A DNA stretch of 64,000 bases from the NCBI GenBank assembly GCA_020724425.1, contig DYGY01000001.1, positions 19,080 to 83,079 on the forward strand, read 5' to 3'. Under the pieces are notes generated by a model. That model had not been told where the DNA came from and did no database searches. It was given only the letters and a program-made list of their open reading frames with translations. The position numbers were made by a program, and so were the translations under genes. Positions 40,826-50,555 of the stretch are shown in pieces (position 1 is the first letter of the stretch; the number at the start of each line of letters is the position of its first letter). This DNA is from Thermaerobacter marianensis (GTDB lineage: Bacteria > Bacillota > Sulfobacillia > DVGY01).

Positions 40826-42100
40826 GTGGAAAAGCTTGTGATTCGTGGAGGTAATCCGATACAGGGAACCATTCGAGTCAGTGGAGCCAAGAACGCTATT
40901 TTACCACTATTAGCAGCAACTATTCTGACTGAAGAGGAATCTATTCTTTATGATGTACCTAACTTAAGAGATGTCAGGGTAATGAAGGAGATTCTAGAGG
41001 ATCTAGGCATAGTTGTGAGGGAACAAAGAGATCATCAGGGTAAACTCATTTTTAGAGTGAACCCTAAAAATATTACAACCACAGCAGTTAATCCTAATCT
41101 AACTGAAAAGATGCGTTCATCTATTTTCTTAATGGGAGCACTCTTAGGCAGGTTTAAGGAAGCTACAATAACTTATCCAGGGGGTTGCTTAATTGGTCCT
41201 AGACCTATTAATCTTCATATTAGCAGTCTAGAGCAACTTGGTGCTATCTTAACAGAAGAAGCCGGCTTTATTTATGCTAGAACTGATCAGCTTAAGGGTA
41301 CTGAGATTCATCTTGATATGCCTAGTGTTGGTGCTACAGAGAATATAATGATGGCAGCAGTGCTTGCTAAAGGAAGAACAGTTGTTCATAATGCGGCTAA
41401 GGAACCTGAGATTGTTGATTTACAGTCTTTTTTAAACAAGATGGGAGCAAGAGTTGAGGGAGCAGGTACTGATACTCTTAGAATTCAGGGAGTTTCAAAG
41501 CTTTATGGAGCAGAGCATAGGGTTATGCCTGATAGGATTGAAGCGGGAACCTTTATGGTTGCTGTAACTATGACAGGTGGTAAGTTATCTCTAGAAAATA
41601 TCTGTTCCTACCATATGGAAGCTATTATTGCCAAGTTGCGTAAGGCAGGAGCAAAGATCCAGCGTCAGGGAGATCTTTTGACAGTGGAAATGAATGAAAG
41701 ACCCAAAGCTATAGATGTAAAGACCATGCCCTATCCCGGGTTCCCAACTGATATGCAAAATCAGATGATGGCTCTTGCCTGTGTTGCTGAAGGCACTAGC
41801 GTAATTACCGAAAATGTTTTTGATAATCGGTTTAAGGTTGCTGATGAGTTTAGAAGGATGGGTGCTCAGATCCAGACAGATGGTCGTATAGCTATAATCA
41901 GAGGAGCAAAGAGATTATCGGGCGCTACTGTCAGGGCTAGTGATGATCTCAGAGGTGGAGCTGCTCTGGTTTTGGCAGGGCTTGTAGCGGAAGGGGTTAC
42001 ATCTGTTCTTGGTGTTGAGCATATTGATAGAGGGTATGAGCGTTTAGAAGAGAAATTAAGAGTTCTGGGGGTAGAGATTGAGCGACTTAGTTGGGACTGA
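40826..42100 (+). CDS. murA: UDP-N-acetylglucosamine 1-carboxyvinyltransferase
   Basis: GAKNA.LP, PGGCLIG.RP (active-site Cys), SVGATEN, PDRIEAGT, PYPGFPTD. Confidence 0.96.
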   Translation: MEKLVIRGGNPIQGTIRVSGAKNAILPLLAATILTEEESILYDVPNLRDVRVMKEILEDLGIVVREQRDHQGKLIFRVNPKNITTTAVNPNLTEKMRSSIFLMGALLGRFKEATITYPGGCLIGPRPINLHISSLEQLGAILTEEAGFIYARTDQLKGTEIHLDMPSVGATENIMMAAVLAKGRTVVHNAAKEPEIVDLQSFLNKMGARVEGAGTDTLRIQGVSKLYGAEHRVMPDRIEAGTFMVAVTMTGGKLSLENICSYHMEAIIAKLRKAGAKIQRQGDLLTVEMNERPKAIDVKTMPYPGFPTDMQNQMMALACVAEGTSVITENVFDNRFKVADEFRRMGAQIQTDGRIAIIRGAKRLSGATVRASDDLRGGAALVLAGLVAEGVTSVLGVEHIDRGYERLEEKLRVLGVEIERLSWD

Positions 42101-42113
42101 TGGTGGTGATTCA

Positions 42114-42863
42114 ATGAATGAAGACAGAGAACAGATGCGCCAGAGGAAGCGACAGATGAAGAAACAGAGGCTGTTGCGCAACCTCATGCTAGTATTTGTT
42201 GTGCTAGTAGCTTTTTATGTTTTTCTTAACTCGGAATACTTTATGATTAATGAAGTCAAAGTTGATGGCTTGGTTTATATTGAACCAGAGGAAATACGGC
42301 AATATGCTGCTGTAAGTGCTGGCACCAAGCTATGGGAGGTCAATGAGAGGGAGTTAGCTGATAGACTGAAAAGACATCCCCGGGTTAAGGATGTGGAGAT
42401 TGTCAGAGATTTGCCTTCAGGGTTAACCATTAAGATTGAAGAGAGAATCCCTGTGGGTCTTGTACCTTATCATGGAAACTATCTAGAGGTGGATAGGGAA
42501 GGTAGAGTCTTAGCTCTAAGGCAGGGTACCAAGGTCGATCTTCCGGTAATTACCGGTATTGAATTGGAAAGACAGCTCGTCGGTGATATAATTACTGTGG
42601 CAGGTTTTCAGAATGCTACGTTTTGTGCAACTTCACTAGGAGATTTACAGGTAAAGATCTCTGAGATTAATCTTAGAGATGATGGGACTATTGTCATGTA
42701 TACTAATGACGGAATTCCTATTTACTTTGGACAAGCTTCAGAGCAAACTGAAAGGAAGCTGAAGGATTTAGCGGCAATTTTGATTGATATCTGGTCTAAT
42801 GATTTAGATGTCATAGAAGTTGATGTTTCTGTTCCCGGTCGGCCTGTAATTAAACCAAAATAG
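42114..42863 (+). CDS. divIB: Cell division protein DivIB/FtsQ
   Basis: Basic N-terminus, TM, POTRA domain (P.VK..V..LP..L.I.IEER). Confidence 0.9.
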   Translation: MNEDREQMRQRKRQMKKQRLLRNLMLVFVVLVAFYVFLNSEYFMINEVKVDGLVYIEPEEIRQYAAVSAGTKLWEVNERELADRLKRHPRVKDVEIVRDLPSGLTIKIEERIPVGLVPYHGNYLEVDREGRVLALRQGTKVDLPVITGIELERQLVGDIITVAGFQNATFCATSLGDLQVKISEINLRDDGTIVMYTNDGIPIYFGQASEQTERKLKDLAAILIDIWSNDLDVIEVDVSVPGRPVIKPK

Positions 42864-42876
42864 ATTGTTAAAGGCA

Positions 42877-42905
42877 AAAGGGGAACAGGCAGTAATGTTG
42901 AACAT
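42877..42905 (+). promoter_or_regulatory. SigH-type promoter for ftsZ
   Basis: AAAGGGGAA-11 nt-GTTGAACAT. Confidence 0.45.
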
Positions 42906-42960
42906 AATAGAGGTAGCTTAATTGTTGTTATGACGGGGACGGAAAGGGAGGGCAGACACT

Positions 42961-44028
42961 TTGCTAGAATTTGAGGTAAATTCGGAACAGTTTGCATTGA
43001 TAAAGGTGATTGGTGTCGGTGGCGGTGGTAACAACGCTGTTAACCGAATGATAGCTGCGGGTGTACGTGGTGTTGAGTTTATAACAGTGAATACTGATGC
43101 TCAGGCTTTGACTGCATCTAAAGCTCAGGAGAAGATACATATAGGGACCCAGCTTACTAAAGGTTTGGGAGCAGGGGCTAATCCTGAGATTGGTTTTAAG
43201 GCAGCAGAGGAAAGTCGTGAGCAGATTAAAGAGCGGCTTAAAGGTGCTGATATGGTCTTTATAACGGCCGGTATGGGTGGTGGTACCGGTACAGGAGCCT
43301 CACCGGTTATTGCTGAGGTAGCTAAGGAACTAGGTGCCTTGACAGTAGGGGTAGTGACTAAACCCTTTTCTTTTGAGGGTAGAAGACGCATGTCACAAGC
43401 TGAAATTGGTCTAGAAGAGCTCCGGGAAAAGGTTGATACCCTTATTACCATCCCCAATGATAGACTTCTGCAGGTAGTAGATAAAAAGACATCTATAATG
43501 GAAGCCTTCCGTATCGCTGATGATGTTCTCCGTCAAGGTGTTCAGGGTATATCTGATCTCATAGCTGTGCCCGGTTTAATCAACCTTGATTTTGCTGATG
43601 TAAAGACGATTATGCAGGAGACAGGTTCAGCCTTGATGGGGATTGGTGTGGCTAAGGGTGACAATAGAGCGGTTGAGGCTGCCCGTCAGGCTATTTCGAG
43701 CCCATTACTTGAGACATCTATTGAAGGTGCCAAAGGTGTTCTTTTAAGTATTACCGGTGATGCCGATCTTGGATTGTTTGAGGTTAACGAAGCTGCTGAA
43801 ATCATTACTCAAGCAGCCGATCCTGATGCTAATATCATCTTTGGTGCAGTAATTGATGAGGGTCTTACAGATGAAATCAGAGTTACTGTAATCGCCACTG
43901 GGTTTCATGGTGACAGTAATCAGAGGAAATATAAGACAGAATCAGGGGAGATGGAGATTAAGTCATTTGCAAATGATGAGTTAGAGATACCCACATTTCT
44001 TCGAAAAAGATCTGGAGAAAGGAAATAG
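42961..44028 (+). CDS. ftsZ: Cell division protein FtsZ
   Basis: [16 protein letters not shown] tubulin signature, NLDFAD, IPTFLR C-terminal peptide. Confidence 0.98.
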   Translation: MLEFEVNSEQFALIKVIGVGGGGNNAVNRMIAAGVRGVEFITVNTDAQALTASKAQEKIHIGTQLTKGLGAGANPEIGFKAAEESREQIKERLKGADMVFITAGMGGGTGTGASPVIAEVAKELGALTVGVVTKPFSFEGRRRMSQAEIGLEELREKVDTLITIPNDRLLQVVDKKTSIMEAFRIADDVLRQGVQGISDLIAVPGLINLDFADVKTIMQETGSALMGIGVAKGDNRAVEAARQAISSPLLETSIEGAKGVLLSITGDADLGLFEVNEAAEIITQAADPDANIIFGAVIDEGLTDEIRVTVIATGFHGDSNQRKYKTESGEMEIKSFANDELEIPTFLRKRSGERK

Positions 44029-44053
44029 GGCCCGGTAAAGGGCCTTTTTTTTT
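44027..44053 (+). terminator. Intrinsic terminator after ftsZ
   Basis: GGGCCC/GGGCCT stem followed by a long T-run. Confidence 0.7.
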
Positions 44054-44084
44054 GACAAATTTCTCTTAATCTTGTTGATATAAT
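44052..44084 (+). promoter_or_regulatory. spoIIG-type SigA promoter with over-long spacer (Spo0A-dependent type)
   Basis: TTGACA-21 nt-TATAAT; TGACAAA resembles a 0A box overlapping the -35. Confidence 0.6.
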
Positions 44085-44158
44085 TTAGGTATATGCTAGC
44101 TAGCTAACACATATACTCAAGTACCTGGGTTATAGGTCCGGGCAGGGGGATATAACCA

Positions 44159-45007
44159 TTGACTGTTTATGTGGATGTTGTTTTTTTGATGAATCTTCTG
44201 GCTGATGGAGCCATCCTTGTTGTTGTTGGCTTTTGGAACCAACAGAAAACTCCCTCCTGGCGTATAGCTCTAGCTGCTATATTAGGGGCTTTTTATGGGA
44301 CAGGAGCTTTCTACCTCGTTGAATCCTATCTATATAGTACTCTCAGTATACTCTTCTTGCCGTTTTTTCTGGTTCTTGTTGCTTTTGGGAAGAGGCAGAT
44401 GTTCAGAAATGTCTTTGTTTTCTATCTTTCAGCTATCATTCTTGCAGGAAGTATTCTTGCTTTAAGTGGTTTTGGTATGCAGGGAAGGTTCTCGTTATGG
44501 AGGTTTTCTTCCTCTGGTTGGTTAGCTGGTGTGGTTTTGCTCTTTGGTATTGGTTATTTGATTTGGCGTTATGTTGAACAGAGGTTTCTTAGAACAGGTG
44601 GGCTATATTCTTTAAGCATAGAGCTATTAGGGCAAAGGATGTCTTTAAGAGCGATGTTAGATACGGGAAATAGTCTTAAGGATCCTTTAAGCAATAGGCC
44701 GGTTATTCTTTTAGAGTTGGCAGCCATTAAGCATATGCTGCCGGATGAGTTGGTAAGGATTCTAAAGACACCTCCCCATTTGAGTAAAGAGATAGGAGAC
44801 TTCTGGGTTGAGTATCTGCGTATCATTCCTTTTAGGGCTCTAGGGGTTGATTCTGGTCTTATCTGGGGTGTGATTCCTGATATGGTGGTGATAGAAGGAG
44901 AGAAAATCTCTAACGTAGTTATTGGTTTTATGAATGGTAGTCTTAATGGAAATGAGTATCAGGCCTTGCTTCCAAAAGGCTTGCAGGAAAATATCAGGGG
45001 GGAGTGA
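44159..45007 (+). CDS. spoIIGA: Pro-sigmaE processing aspartic protease SpoIIGA
   Basis: VYVDVVFL.N, multiple TM segments, LDTGNSL.DP, IPFR.LG. Confidence 0.93.
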   Translation: MTVYVDVVFLMNLLADGAILVVVGFWNQQKTPSWRIALAAILGAFYGTGAFYLVESYLYSTLSILFLPFFLVLVAFGKRQMFRNVFVFYLSAIILAGSILALSGFGMQGRFSLWRFSSSGWLAGVVLLFGIGYLIWRYVEQRFLRTGGLYSLSIELLGQRMSLRAMLDTGNSLKDPLSNRPVILLELAAIKHMLPDELVRILKTPPHLSKEIGDFWVEYLRIIPFRALGVDSGLIWGVIPDMVVIEGEKISNVVIGFMNGSLNGNEYQALLPKGLQENIRGE

Positions 45008-45011
45008 TAGG

Positions 45012-45734
45012 GTGAAATACTGGCATTTGCGAATGAGGATATTAGTTATCAGGTTTCTACAGCTTCTTGGGCTTTATCGCTATCCGGTATTTTATGTTGG
45101 CAGTACTCAAACCTTGCCGCCACCACTAGAGACCAGTGAAGAGGAATTCTTGCTTGACCGTTTGGGACATGGTGATGATACTGTTAAACCTGTACTGATT
45201 GAACGTAATCTCAGGCTGGTGGTATATATTGCTAGGAAGTTTGATAATACAGGGATAGGGATTGAGGATTTGGTCTCTATTGGCAGTATTGGTTTGATTA
45301 AGGCGGTAAATACCTTTGACCCCGAAAAGAAAATTAAGCTTGCTACGTATGCTTCAAAATGTATTGAAAACGAGATCTTAATGTACTTAAGGAGAAATAG
45401 TAGGGCTAAGTTGGAAGTATCTTTAGATGAACCCTTGAATGTTGACTGGGATGGTAATGAGCTCTTGCTTTCTGATGTTCTTCCTGGAGCAGATAGTGAG
45501 AGTATCTATCGTAATCTGGAGGAACAGGTTGATAGAACTCTTCTTTATAGGGCTATGCAGAAACTCTCATCACGGGAACAGAGGATTGTCAGGCTACGTT
45601 TTGGTCTTGATGATGGTGTAGAAAGAACACAGAAACAAGTGGCTGATGCTTTAGGTATCTCTCAGTCATATATTTCACGGTTGGAGAAGAGAATAATTAA
45701 GAGACTTAGTAGAGAGATGCGTAAAATGGAATGA
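45012..45734 (+). CDS. sigE: Pro-sigmaE
   Basis: Pro-peptide, YVGS...[37 protein letters not shown]. Confidence 0.96.
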   Translation: MKYWHLRMRILVIRFLQLLGLYRYPVFYVGSTQTLPPPLETSEEEFLLDRLGHGDDTVKPVLIERNLRLVVYIARKFDNTGIGIEDLVSIGSIGLIKAVNTFDPEKKIKLATYASKCIENEILMYLRRNSRAKLEVSLDEPLNVDWDGNELLLSDVLPGADSESIYRNLEEQVDRTLLYRAMQKLSSREQRIVRLRFGLDDGVERTQKQVADALGISQSYISRLEKRIIKRLSREMRKME

Positions 45735-45758
45735 TTGGTAAGTTTTGGCGAAGTTGAT

Positions 45759-45787
45759 GTATAAGTGCCCTTCCTTTGGGACATACT
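45759..45787 (+). promoter_or_regulatory. SigF/SigG-type promoter for sigG
   Basis: GTATA-15 nt-GGACATACT. Confidence 0.6.
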
Positions 45788-45821
45788 GATTGATGAAAAA
45801 TCAGCCCAGAGGGAGGGTTTC

Positions 45822-46595
45822 TTGTTGGCACATAAGGTTGAAATAAGTGGGGTTAATACCGCAGAGTTACCTGTTTTGAATAATGTGGAGATGCGGAAGC
45901 TCTTTAGAGCCATGCATGCTGGAGATGAAACTGCTAGACAGACCTTAATTCAGGGTAATTTGAGGCTGGTCTTAAGTGTCATTCAACGTTTTAACAACAG
46001 GGGAGAACCGGCTAATGATCTATTCCAGGTTGGTTGTATTGGCCTAATGAAGGCCATCGATAATTTTGATTTAGGTCAAAATGTACGTTTCTCAACCTAT
46101 GCTGTTCCTATGATTATCGGTGAGATTCGTCGGTACCTTAGGGATAATAATCCTATTAGAGTGAGCAGGTCATTAAGAGATATAGCCTATAAGGCTTTGC
46201 AGGCTAGAGATGCTTTAACGACTCGCTTAAGCAGGGAACCAACCATTTCAGAGATCTCTAAGGAGCTTGATATTCCAAGAGAAGAGGTCATCTATGCTTT
46301 AGATGCTATTCAGGAACCGGTATCTTTGTTTGAACCAATTTATGAAGATGGTGGTGATCCAATCTTTATAATGGATCAAATTAAGGATGAAAAGAATGAG
46401 GATGAGCAATGGTTAGAAGGTATAGCTTTAAGAGAAGCAGTGCATCGTTTGGATGAACGTGAACAGTTAATTCTTGATCTGCGTTTCTATCAGGGTAAGA
46501 CTCAGATGGAGGTAGCTGAAGAGATTGGGATTTCTCAAGCACAGGTTTCCCGATTGGAAAAAGCAGCTATCATGCGGATTAGGAAGCATATGTGA
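45822..46595 (+). CDS. sigG: RNA polymerase sigma-G factor
   Basis: KVEISGVNTA.LPVL, GNLRLVLSVIQRF, RRYLRDNNPIRVSRS. Confidence 0.97.
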   Translation: MLAHKVEISGVNTAELPVLNNVEMRKLFRAMHAGDETARQTLIQGNLRLVLSVIQRFNNRGEPANDLFQVGCIGLMKAIDNFDLGQNVRFSTYAVPMIIGEIRRYLRDNNPIRVSRSLRDIAYKALQARDALTTRLSREPTISEISKELDIPREEVIYALDAIQEPVSLFEPIYEDGGDPIFIMDQIKDEKNEDEQWLEGIALREAVHRLDEREQLILDLRFYQGKTQMEVAEEIGISQAQVSRLEKAAIMRIRKHM

Positions 46596-46607
46596 GGAGG
46601 AAAGCAG

Positions 46608-47162
46608 ATGAAGCGAATACTCCTTAGTGGTGTAATTATTCTTGTTACCAGTCTAGCATTAGTTGCTCTAGGTCCCTACAGCACAGCTGGTGAGGTATTT
46701 AGGTTACATGTGGTTGCCAACAGTGATGAAGATATGGATCAGGCTACAAAGATTCTTGTTAGAAATAAAGTGTTTCTGTTGATGAATGAAATAAATATTG
46801 AAGATATGGATGAACATATTCCTTGGTTACAACATGAAGTGGATGAGTATTTGAAGGAATTGAATCAGGACTATATGAGTGACTGGCAACTGGGTTATCA
46901 GTATTTCCCTAAGACTGAATATGGTGGGACTAGCTATCCTGAAGGAGAGTATTATGCCCTTAAGGTTGTTCTTGGTGAGGGAAGAGGCCAGAACTGGTGG
47001 TGTGTTCTGTTTCCTAACCTCTGTCTCATAGAGGGTATTACTGAAGAGGAGGAACCAGCAGAGATACTGTTGTTTCTGGAAGAAGATATAAAGATCTCTT
47101 GGCGTTTACAGGATCTTTGGTCTGATCTTAGAAAATCACGTTTCTGGGCTATGCTTCAATAG
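46608..47162 (+). CDS. spoIIR: Stage II sporulation protein R
   Basis: RLHVVANSD..DQ..K..VR, YP.GEY.AL...LGEG.GQNWWCVLFP.LC. Confidence 0.92.
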   Translation: MKRILLSGVIILVTSLALVALGPYSTAGEVFRLHVVANSDEDMDQATKILVRNKVFLLMNEINIEDMDEHIPWLQHEVDEYLKELNQDYMSDWQLGYQYFPKTEYGGTSYPEGEYYALKVVLGEGRGQNWWCVLFPNLCLIEGITEEEEPAEILLFLEEDIKISWRLQDLWSDLRKSRFWAMLQ

Positions 47163-47166
47163 GGGT

Positions 47167-47440
47167 GTGAACCTCCCATAAGGACATGTTGGGGGCTTCC
47201 GGCTAACCAAAACGTATGGTTCATTGGAATGTAGTATACAGCACTACAGGCTAGGTCCTCGCTTTAGGCGATTTCTAGATACTTCAATAGAAGGGATGTC
47301 TCTGAACTGACCATATTTATGATGGCTTAAGATGTTTTTAACTCACAAACATAATTTTTGGAGGAGATTTTCTCGCTTACAAACAGGACATGTTTGGTGA
47401 TAGCGATTCATCTTGCCAAAACCTGAATAAACTAAGCAGA
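47167..47440 (-). mobile_element. Decayed IS200/IS605- or IS607-type tnpB 3' remnant with omegaRNA-like right end
   Basis: Broken frames give KMNRYHQTCPVC..., NYVCE and VKNIL (TnpB Zn-ribbon/NAAxNI-like); ends GGAAGCCCCC...TGGGAGGTTCAC; left boundary uncertain. Confidence 0.5.
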
Positions 47441-47490
47441 GGAGCTATATCATATAGTGTTAAGCAATATATCTCTAGGAGGTCTTCCTG

Positions 47491-47751
47491 ATGTTAAAGA
47501 CCTCGGATATGCGAATCAGAGACGTTATCAATATCAAGGATGGTCGCCGCTTGGGGGTTATGGCTGATATTGAGGTTGATCTGGATACGGGACGAGTTAC
47601 AGCCATTATTGTACCAGGTGCATTAAAGATGATGGGTGTCCTAGGTAGGGAACAGGATTATGTCATACCCTGGGAAAGAATAGTTAAGATTGGGGTGGAT
47701 GTTATCTTAGTTGATATACCGATAGAAGGTCCCTCAGAGCTGCGACGTTAA
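47491..47751 (+). CDS. ylmC: YlmC/YmxH family PRC-barrel sporulation protein
   Basis: DVINI.DG.RLG...D.E.D..TG, IPWE.IVKIG.DVILV. Confidence 0.92.
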   Translation: MLKTSDMRIRDVINIKDGRRLGVMADIEVDLDTGRVTAIIVPGALKMMGVLGREQDYVIPWERIVKIGVDVILVDIPIEGPSELRR

Positions 47752-47781
47752 TACCCTGTCGAATGGGCAGGGTATTTGTCT
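47749..47781 (+). terminator. Intrinsic terminator after ylmC
   Basis: AATACCCTGTC/GGGCAGGGTATT stem followed by TTGTCTT. Confidence 0.6.
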
Positions 47782-47785
47782 TGGA

Positions 47786-47815
47786 GCAGGAAATGGGAAT
47801 ATGGATAGAGAAACC
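47786..47815 (+). promoter_or_regulatory. SigH-type promoter for the pgeF-ylm operon
   Basis: GCAGGAAAT-12 nt-AGAGAAACC. Confidence 0.45.
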
Positions 47816-47838
47816 GGGAAGACAGGGAGGCAGGGTTC

Positions 47839-48636
47839 ATGATCTATAGGAAAATAACTAGGGGTAGTTTGGAGCTCTTTGAGTTCCCGGTGGTTGAAAG
47901 AGGTATTGCTAAAGCCGGCTTTACTACAAGAATCGGTGGTGTGAGTACAGGAGAATGGTCTAGTTTGAATCTTGGATTATCAACAGGGGATCTTCCTGAG
48001 AGCGTTTTAGAAAACAGGAGGCTTTTCTTTGAGGCCCTTAGTGTTAGTGGCAAGAGTGTCAGGGTTGAGCAGGTTCATGGAGATAGAATTATCAGGGTTA
48101 GTATTGAGCAGGGGAGTCCAGGTTTTGCTGATAAGCCTTTAACACAGGCGGATGCTCTAATTACTGATGAATCTAATTTGGTCCTTATAACCCTTCATGC
48201 TGATTGTACCCCTGTATATATTCTAGATCCAGTGAAAAGAGCTATTGGACTTGCTCATGCTGGCTGGAGAGGTACAGTACAAAAGATTGGTTCAAAGACA
48301 TTAAAGAGAATGGAACTGGAGTTTGGTTCAAGACCAGAGGATTGCTATGCCCTTATTGGCCCTGCTATTGATTTTCATAACTATGTAATAGATGAAGTTG
48401 TGGCACAGCCTGTAAGGGAGACATTCCTAGATGGGGAGAGATATCTGACAAAGATAGGAGAAGGACAGTATCTCTTTGATCTTCAGGGATTAAATGTTTA
48501 TGATCTTGTTTCTGCAGGTATACCTTTACAACAAGTTTTTAACAGTCAGTTATCTACATATCAAAAGGAGTTCTATTCACACCGTCGTGATGGGGGAAAG
48601 ACGGGTCGTTTAGCTGCATGGTTCTTTCTAGAATAG
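47839..48636 (+). CDS. pgeF: Peptidoglycan editing factor / purine nucleoside phosphorylase PgeF (YlmD)
   Basis: FTTR.GG.S, QVHG, ADC.P, HAGWRGT, FYSHRR. Confidence 0.93.
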   Translation: MIYRKITRGSLELFEFPVVERGIAKAGFTTRIGGVSTGEWSSLNLGLSTGDLPESVLENRRLFFEALSVSGKSVRVEQVHGDRIIRVSIEQGSPGFADKPLTQADALITDESNLVLITLHADCTPVYILDPVKRAIGLAHAGWRGTVQKIGSKTLKRMELEFGSRPEDCYALIGPAIDFHNYVIDEVVAQPVRETFLDGERYLTKIGEGQYLFDLQGLNVYDLVSAGIPLQQVFNSQLSTYQKEFYSHRRDGGKTGRLAAWFFLE

Positions 48637-48647
48637 GAGGGTAATAC

Positions 48648-49841
48648 ATGCGGAGAGTCCGTTTTTCTCCCTTTAGGTTTATTCGCTGGTTACTAATTAT
48701 GCTTCTTATCTGGACAAGTATTGCCTATGTACGTAGCAATATTCTGCCTCAGTTTTTGCTTTATGAACAGGTACGGTTTGAAAGGGTAGAGGTAACCGTG
48801 GCTGTAAAACCCATTGTTCTTCAGGAAGAAAATATTCTGGTGGCACCCATAAAGGGGACAATGACTCCCTTAGCTGAAGAGGGTAAAGTAGATCGTAGTA
48901 TTGGTATCTTTGAAGTCAAGAATGAGGACTCCATGGAGAAGATAACTCAGGATTTAAAAGAGGTAGATAGACTAATAGCCAATTTTGAACAGGAAAGCTC
49001 CCGCTTATTAAAGGTTAAAGAGAGCAGGTTACTAGCTCTTGAGAGAGAATACTCAGAGAGTGTTATGATAGCTAAGGAGTCTGCTCTTTTATATGGTCTT
49101 GATAGTAGAGAATACAAGGAGACCTTTAAGGATATGCAATATCTTGAGTCTGAATGGCTGGGTCTAGATGCAGAGGTGGTAGGACTTAGAAAAGAAAGAG
49201 ATACACTATTAGAACGAAGAGAGTATTTGCGAAAACTGACTCTAGAGAGCAATGTGGTAGTTAAGAGCAGGGATGATGGCTATTTATCCTATCAGCTTGA
49301 TGGTTTGGAGACTAAACTTAGTCCAGCCCGTTTTGATACGCTTTCTTTGGATATCTTTGAGGCACTTAATGGGGTCTCTACCTATCAGGTTCAGGGTGAG
49401 GTAGAGGCGGGTGAACCGGTAGCCAAAATAGTTCGAGACGACTCACAACTGCTGGCGATGCTAGTTGCTGAGAATCTTTTTAATATAGGTCAATCGGTTA
49501 CCATGTATCATCAGGGTATTACCCATAAACTAAATGTTATTGGTCAAAAAGAGATTCAGGGAGATTATCTTCTTTTGCTTAAACCAGTCGAGCCCTGGGT
49601 AGAGCCCGGGGTACGCTTCTTTTCAGCTGAACTGGTTGTTGAATCCAGACAGGGCTTACTTGTTCCCCAAAAAGCAATATTTGAAAAAGAGGGAATTACC
49701 GGGGTCTATGTCAAAGAAGATATAGTTGAGTGGCGACCGATAGAGGTTTTGGTGGCAACCAGTGCCGGTGTAATGGTGCATGGGGTGACCCAGGGAGAAT
49801 GGGTTGTAAGCAATCCTAGATTGCTTAGGTATCTGCAATAG
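48648..49841 (+). CDS. HlyD-like membrane-fusion/adaptor protein
   Basis: N-terminal TM, split biotinyl-lipoyl halves around a coiled coil, C-terminal G..VP..AI...G..GVY. Confidence 0.65.
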   Translation: MRRVRFSPFRFIRWLLIMLLIWTSIAYVRSNILPQFLLYEQVRFERVEVTVAVKPIVLQEENILVAPIKGTMTPLAEEGKVDRSIGIFEVKNEDSMEKITQDLKEVDRLIANFEQESSRLLKVKESRLLALEREYSESVMIAKESALLYGLDSREYKETFKDMQYLESEWLGLDAEVVGLRKERDTLLERREYLRKLTLESNVVVKSRDDGYLSYQLDGLETKLSPARFDTLSLDIFEALNGVSTYQVQGEVEAGEPVAKIVRDDSQLLAMLVAENLFNIGQSVTMYHQGITHKLNVIGQKEIQGDYLLLLKPVEPWVEPGVRFFSAELVVESRQGLLVPQKAIFEKEGITGVYVKEDIVEWRPIEVLVATSAGVMVHGVTQGEWVVSNPRLLRYLQ

Positions 49842-49850
49842 GGGGGCACT

Positions 49851-50555
49851 ATGTTGGAATTAGCAGACAATCTAAAGAAGATTCAGCAGACGATTAGTCA
49901 GAGTGCACTTAAGGTTGGTAGAGACCCCAAAGAGGTTACTCTTATCGGGGTTAGCAAAAAGTTTCCTGTAGAGGTGATTGAATCAGCATATGGATTAGGG
50001 TTAAGGGATTTTGGGGAAAACCGAGCTCAGGAATACAGGGACAAGATGAGAAGGCTTAGTCCAGAGCTTTTAAGGGGTACCCGCTGGCATTTTGTTGGAC
50101 AACTACAGAGCAATAAGGTAAAATATCTCTTAAATCACTGTTATCTCATCCATTCTCTAGATCGCTGGTCTGTGGTGGAAGAAATGGTGAGCTTAGCAGG
50201 TAAAGAGGGTATTAACTGGTCAGCTTTAGTTCAGGTTAATGTCTCTGGTGAGAAGAGTAAAGGTGGGCTATCACCTCAGGAATTACCTGATTTTCTAAGG
50301 GATGTTTCTCAGTATCCGGCAATTAGGGTGGAAGGTCTGATGACTATGGCTCCTTTAGTTGATGATCCTGAGGAAGCTCGTCCATATTTTCGCAATTTGG
50401 CTACTTTAGCCAAGGAAATGCAAGTATTGATGCCGAATTTAAGCCTTAGGCATTTATCTATGGGGATGTCAGATGACTTCTCCATAGCTATTGAAGAGGG
50501 AGCTACTCTGATACGTGTAGGGGAAGCCCTATTTGGCAGAAGACCAGTGAGGTGA
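49851..50555 (+). CDS. yggS: PLP homeostasis protein YggS/YlmE
   Basis: VSKK, FGENRAQE, WHFVGQLQSNK, QVN.SGE.SK.G, LSMGMS.D. Confidence 0.96.
   Translation: MLELADNLKKIQQTISQSALKVGRDPKEVTLIGVSKKFPVEVIESAYGLGLRDFGENRAQEYRDKMRRLSPELLRGTRWHFVGQLQSNKVKYLLNHCYLIHSLDRWSVVEEMVSLAGKEGINWSALVQVNVSGEKSKGGLSPQELPDFLRDVSQYPAIRVEGLMTMAPLVDDPEEARPYFRNLATLAKEMQVLMPNLSLRHLSMGMSDDFSIAIEEGATLIRVGEALFGRRPVR

Noticed and set aside
47245-47411. Minus-strand 55-codon frame with an in-frame TGA after CPVC (possible selenoprotein)
   Set aside because: No RBS and no obvious SECIS; better explained as decayed tnpB sequence
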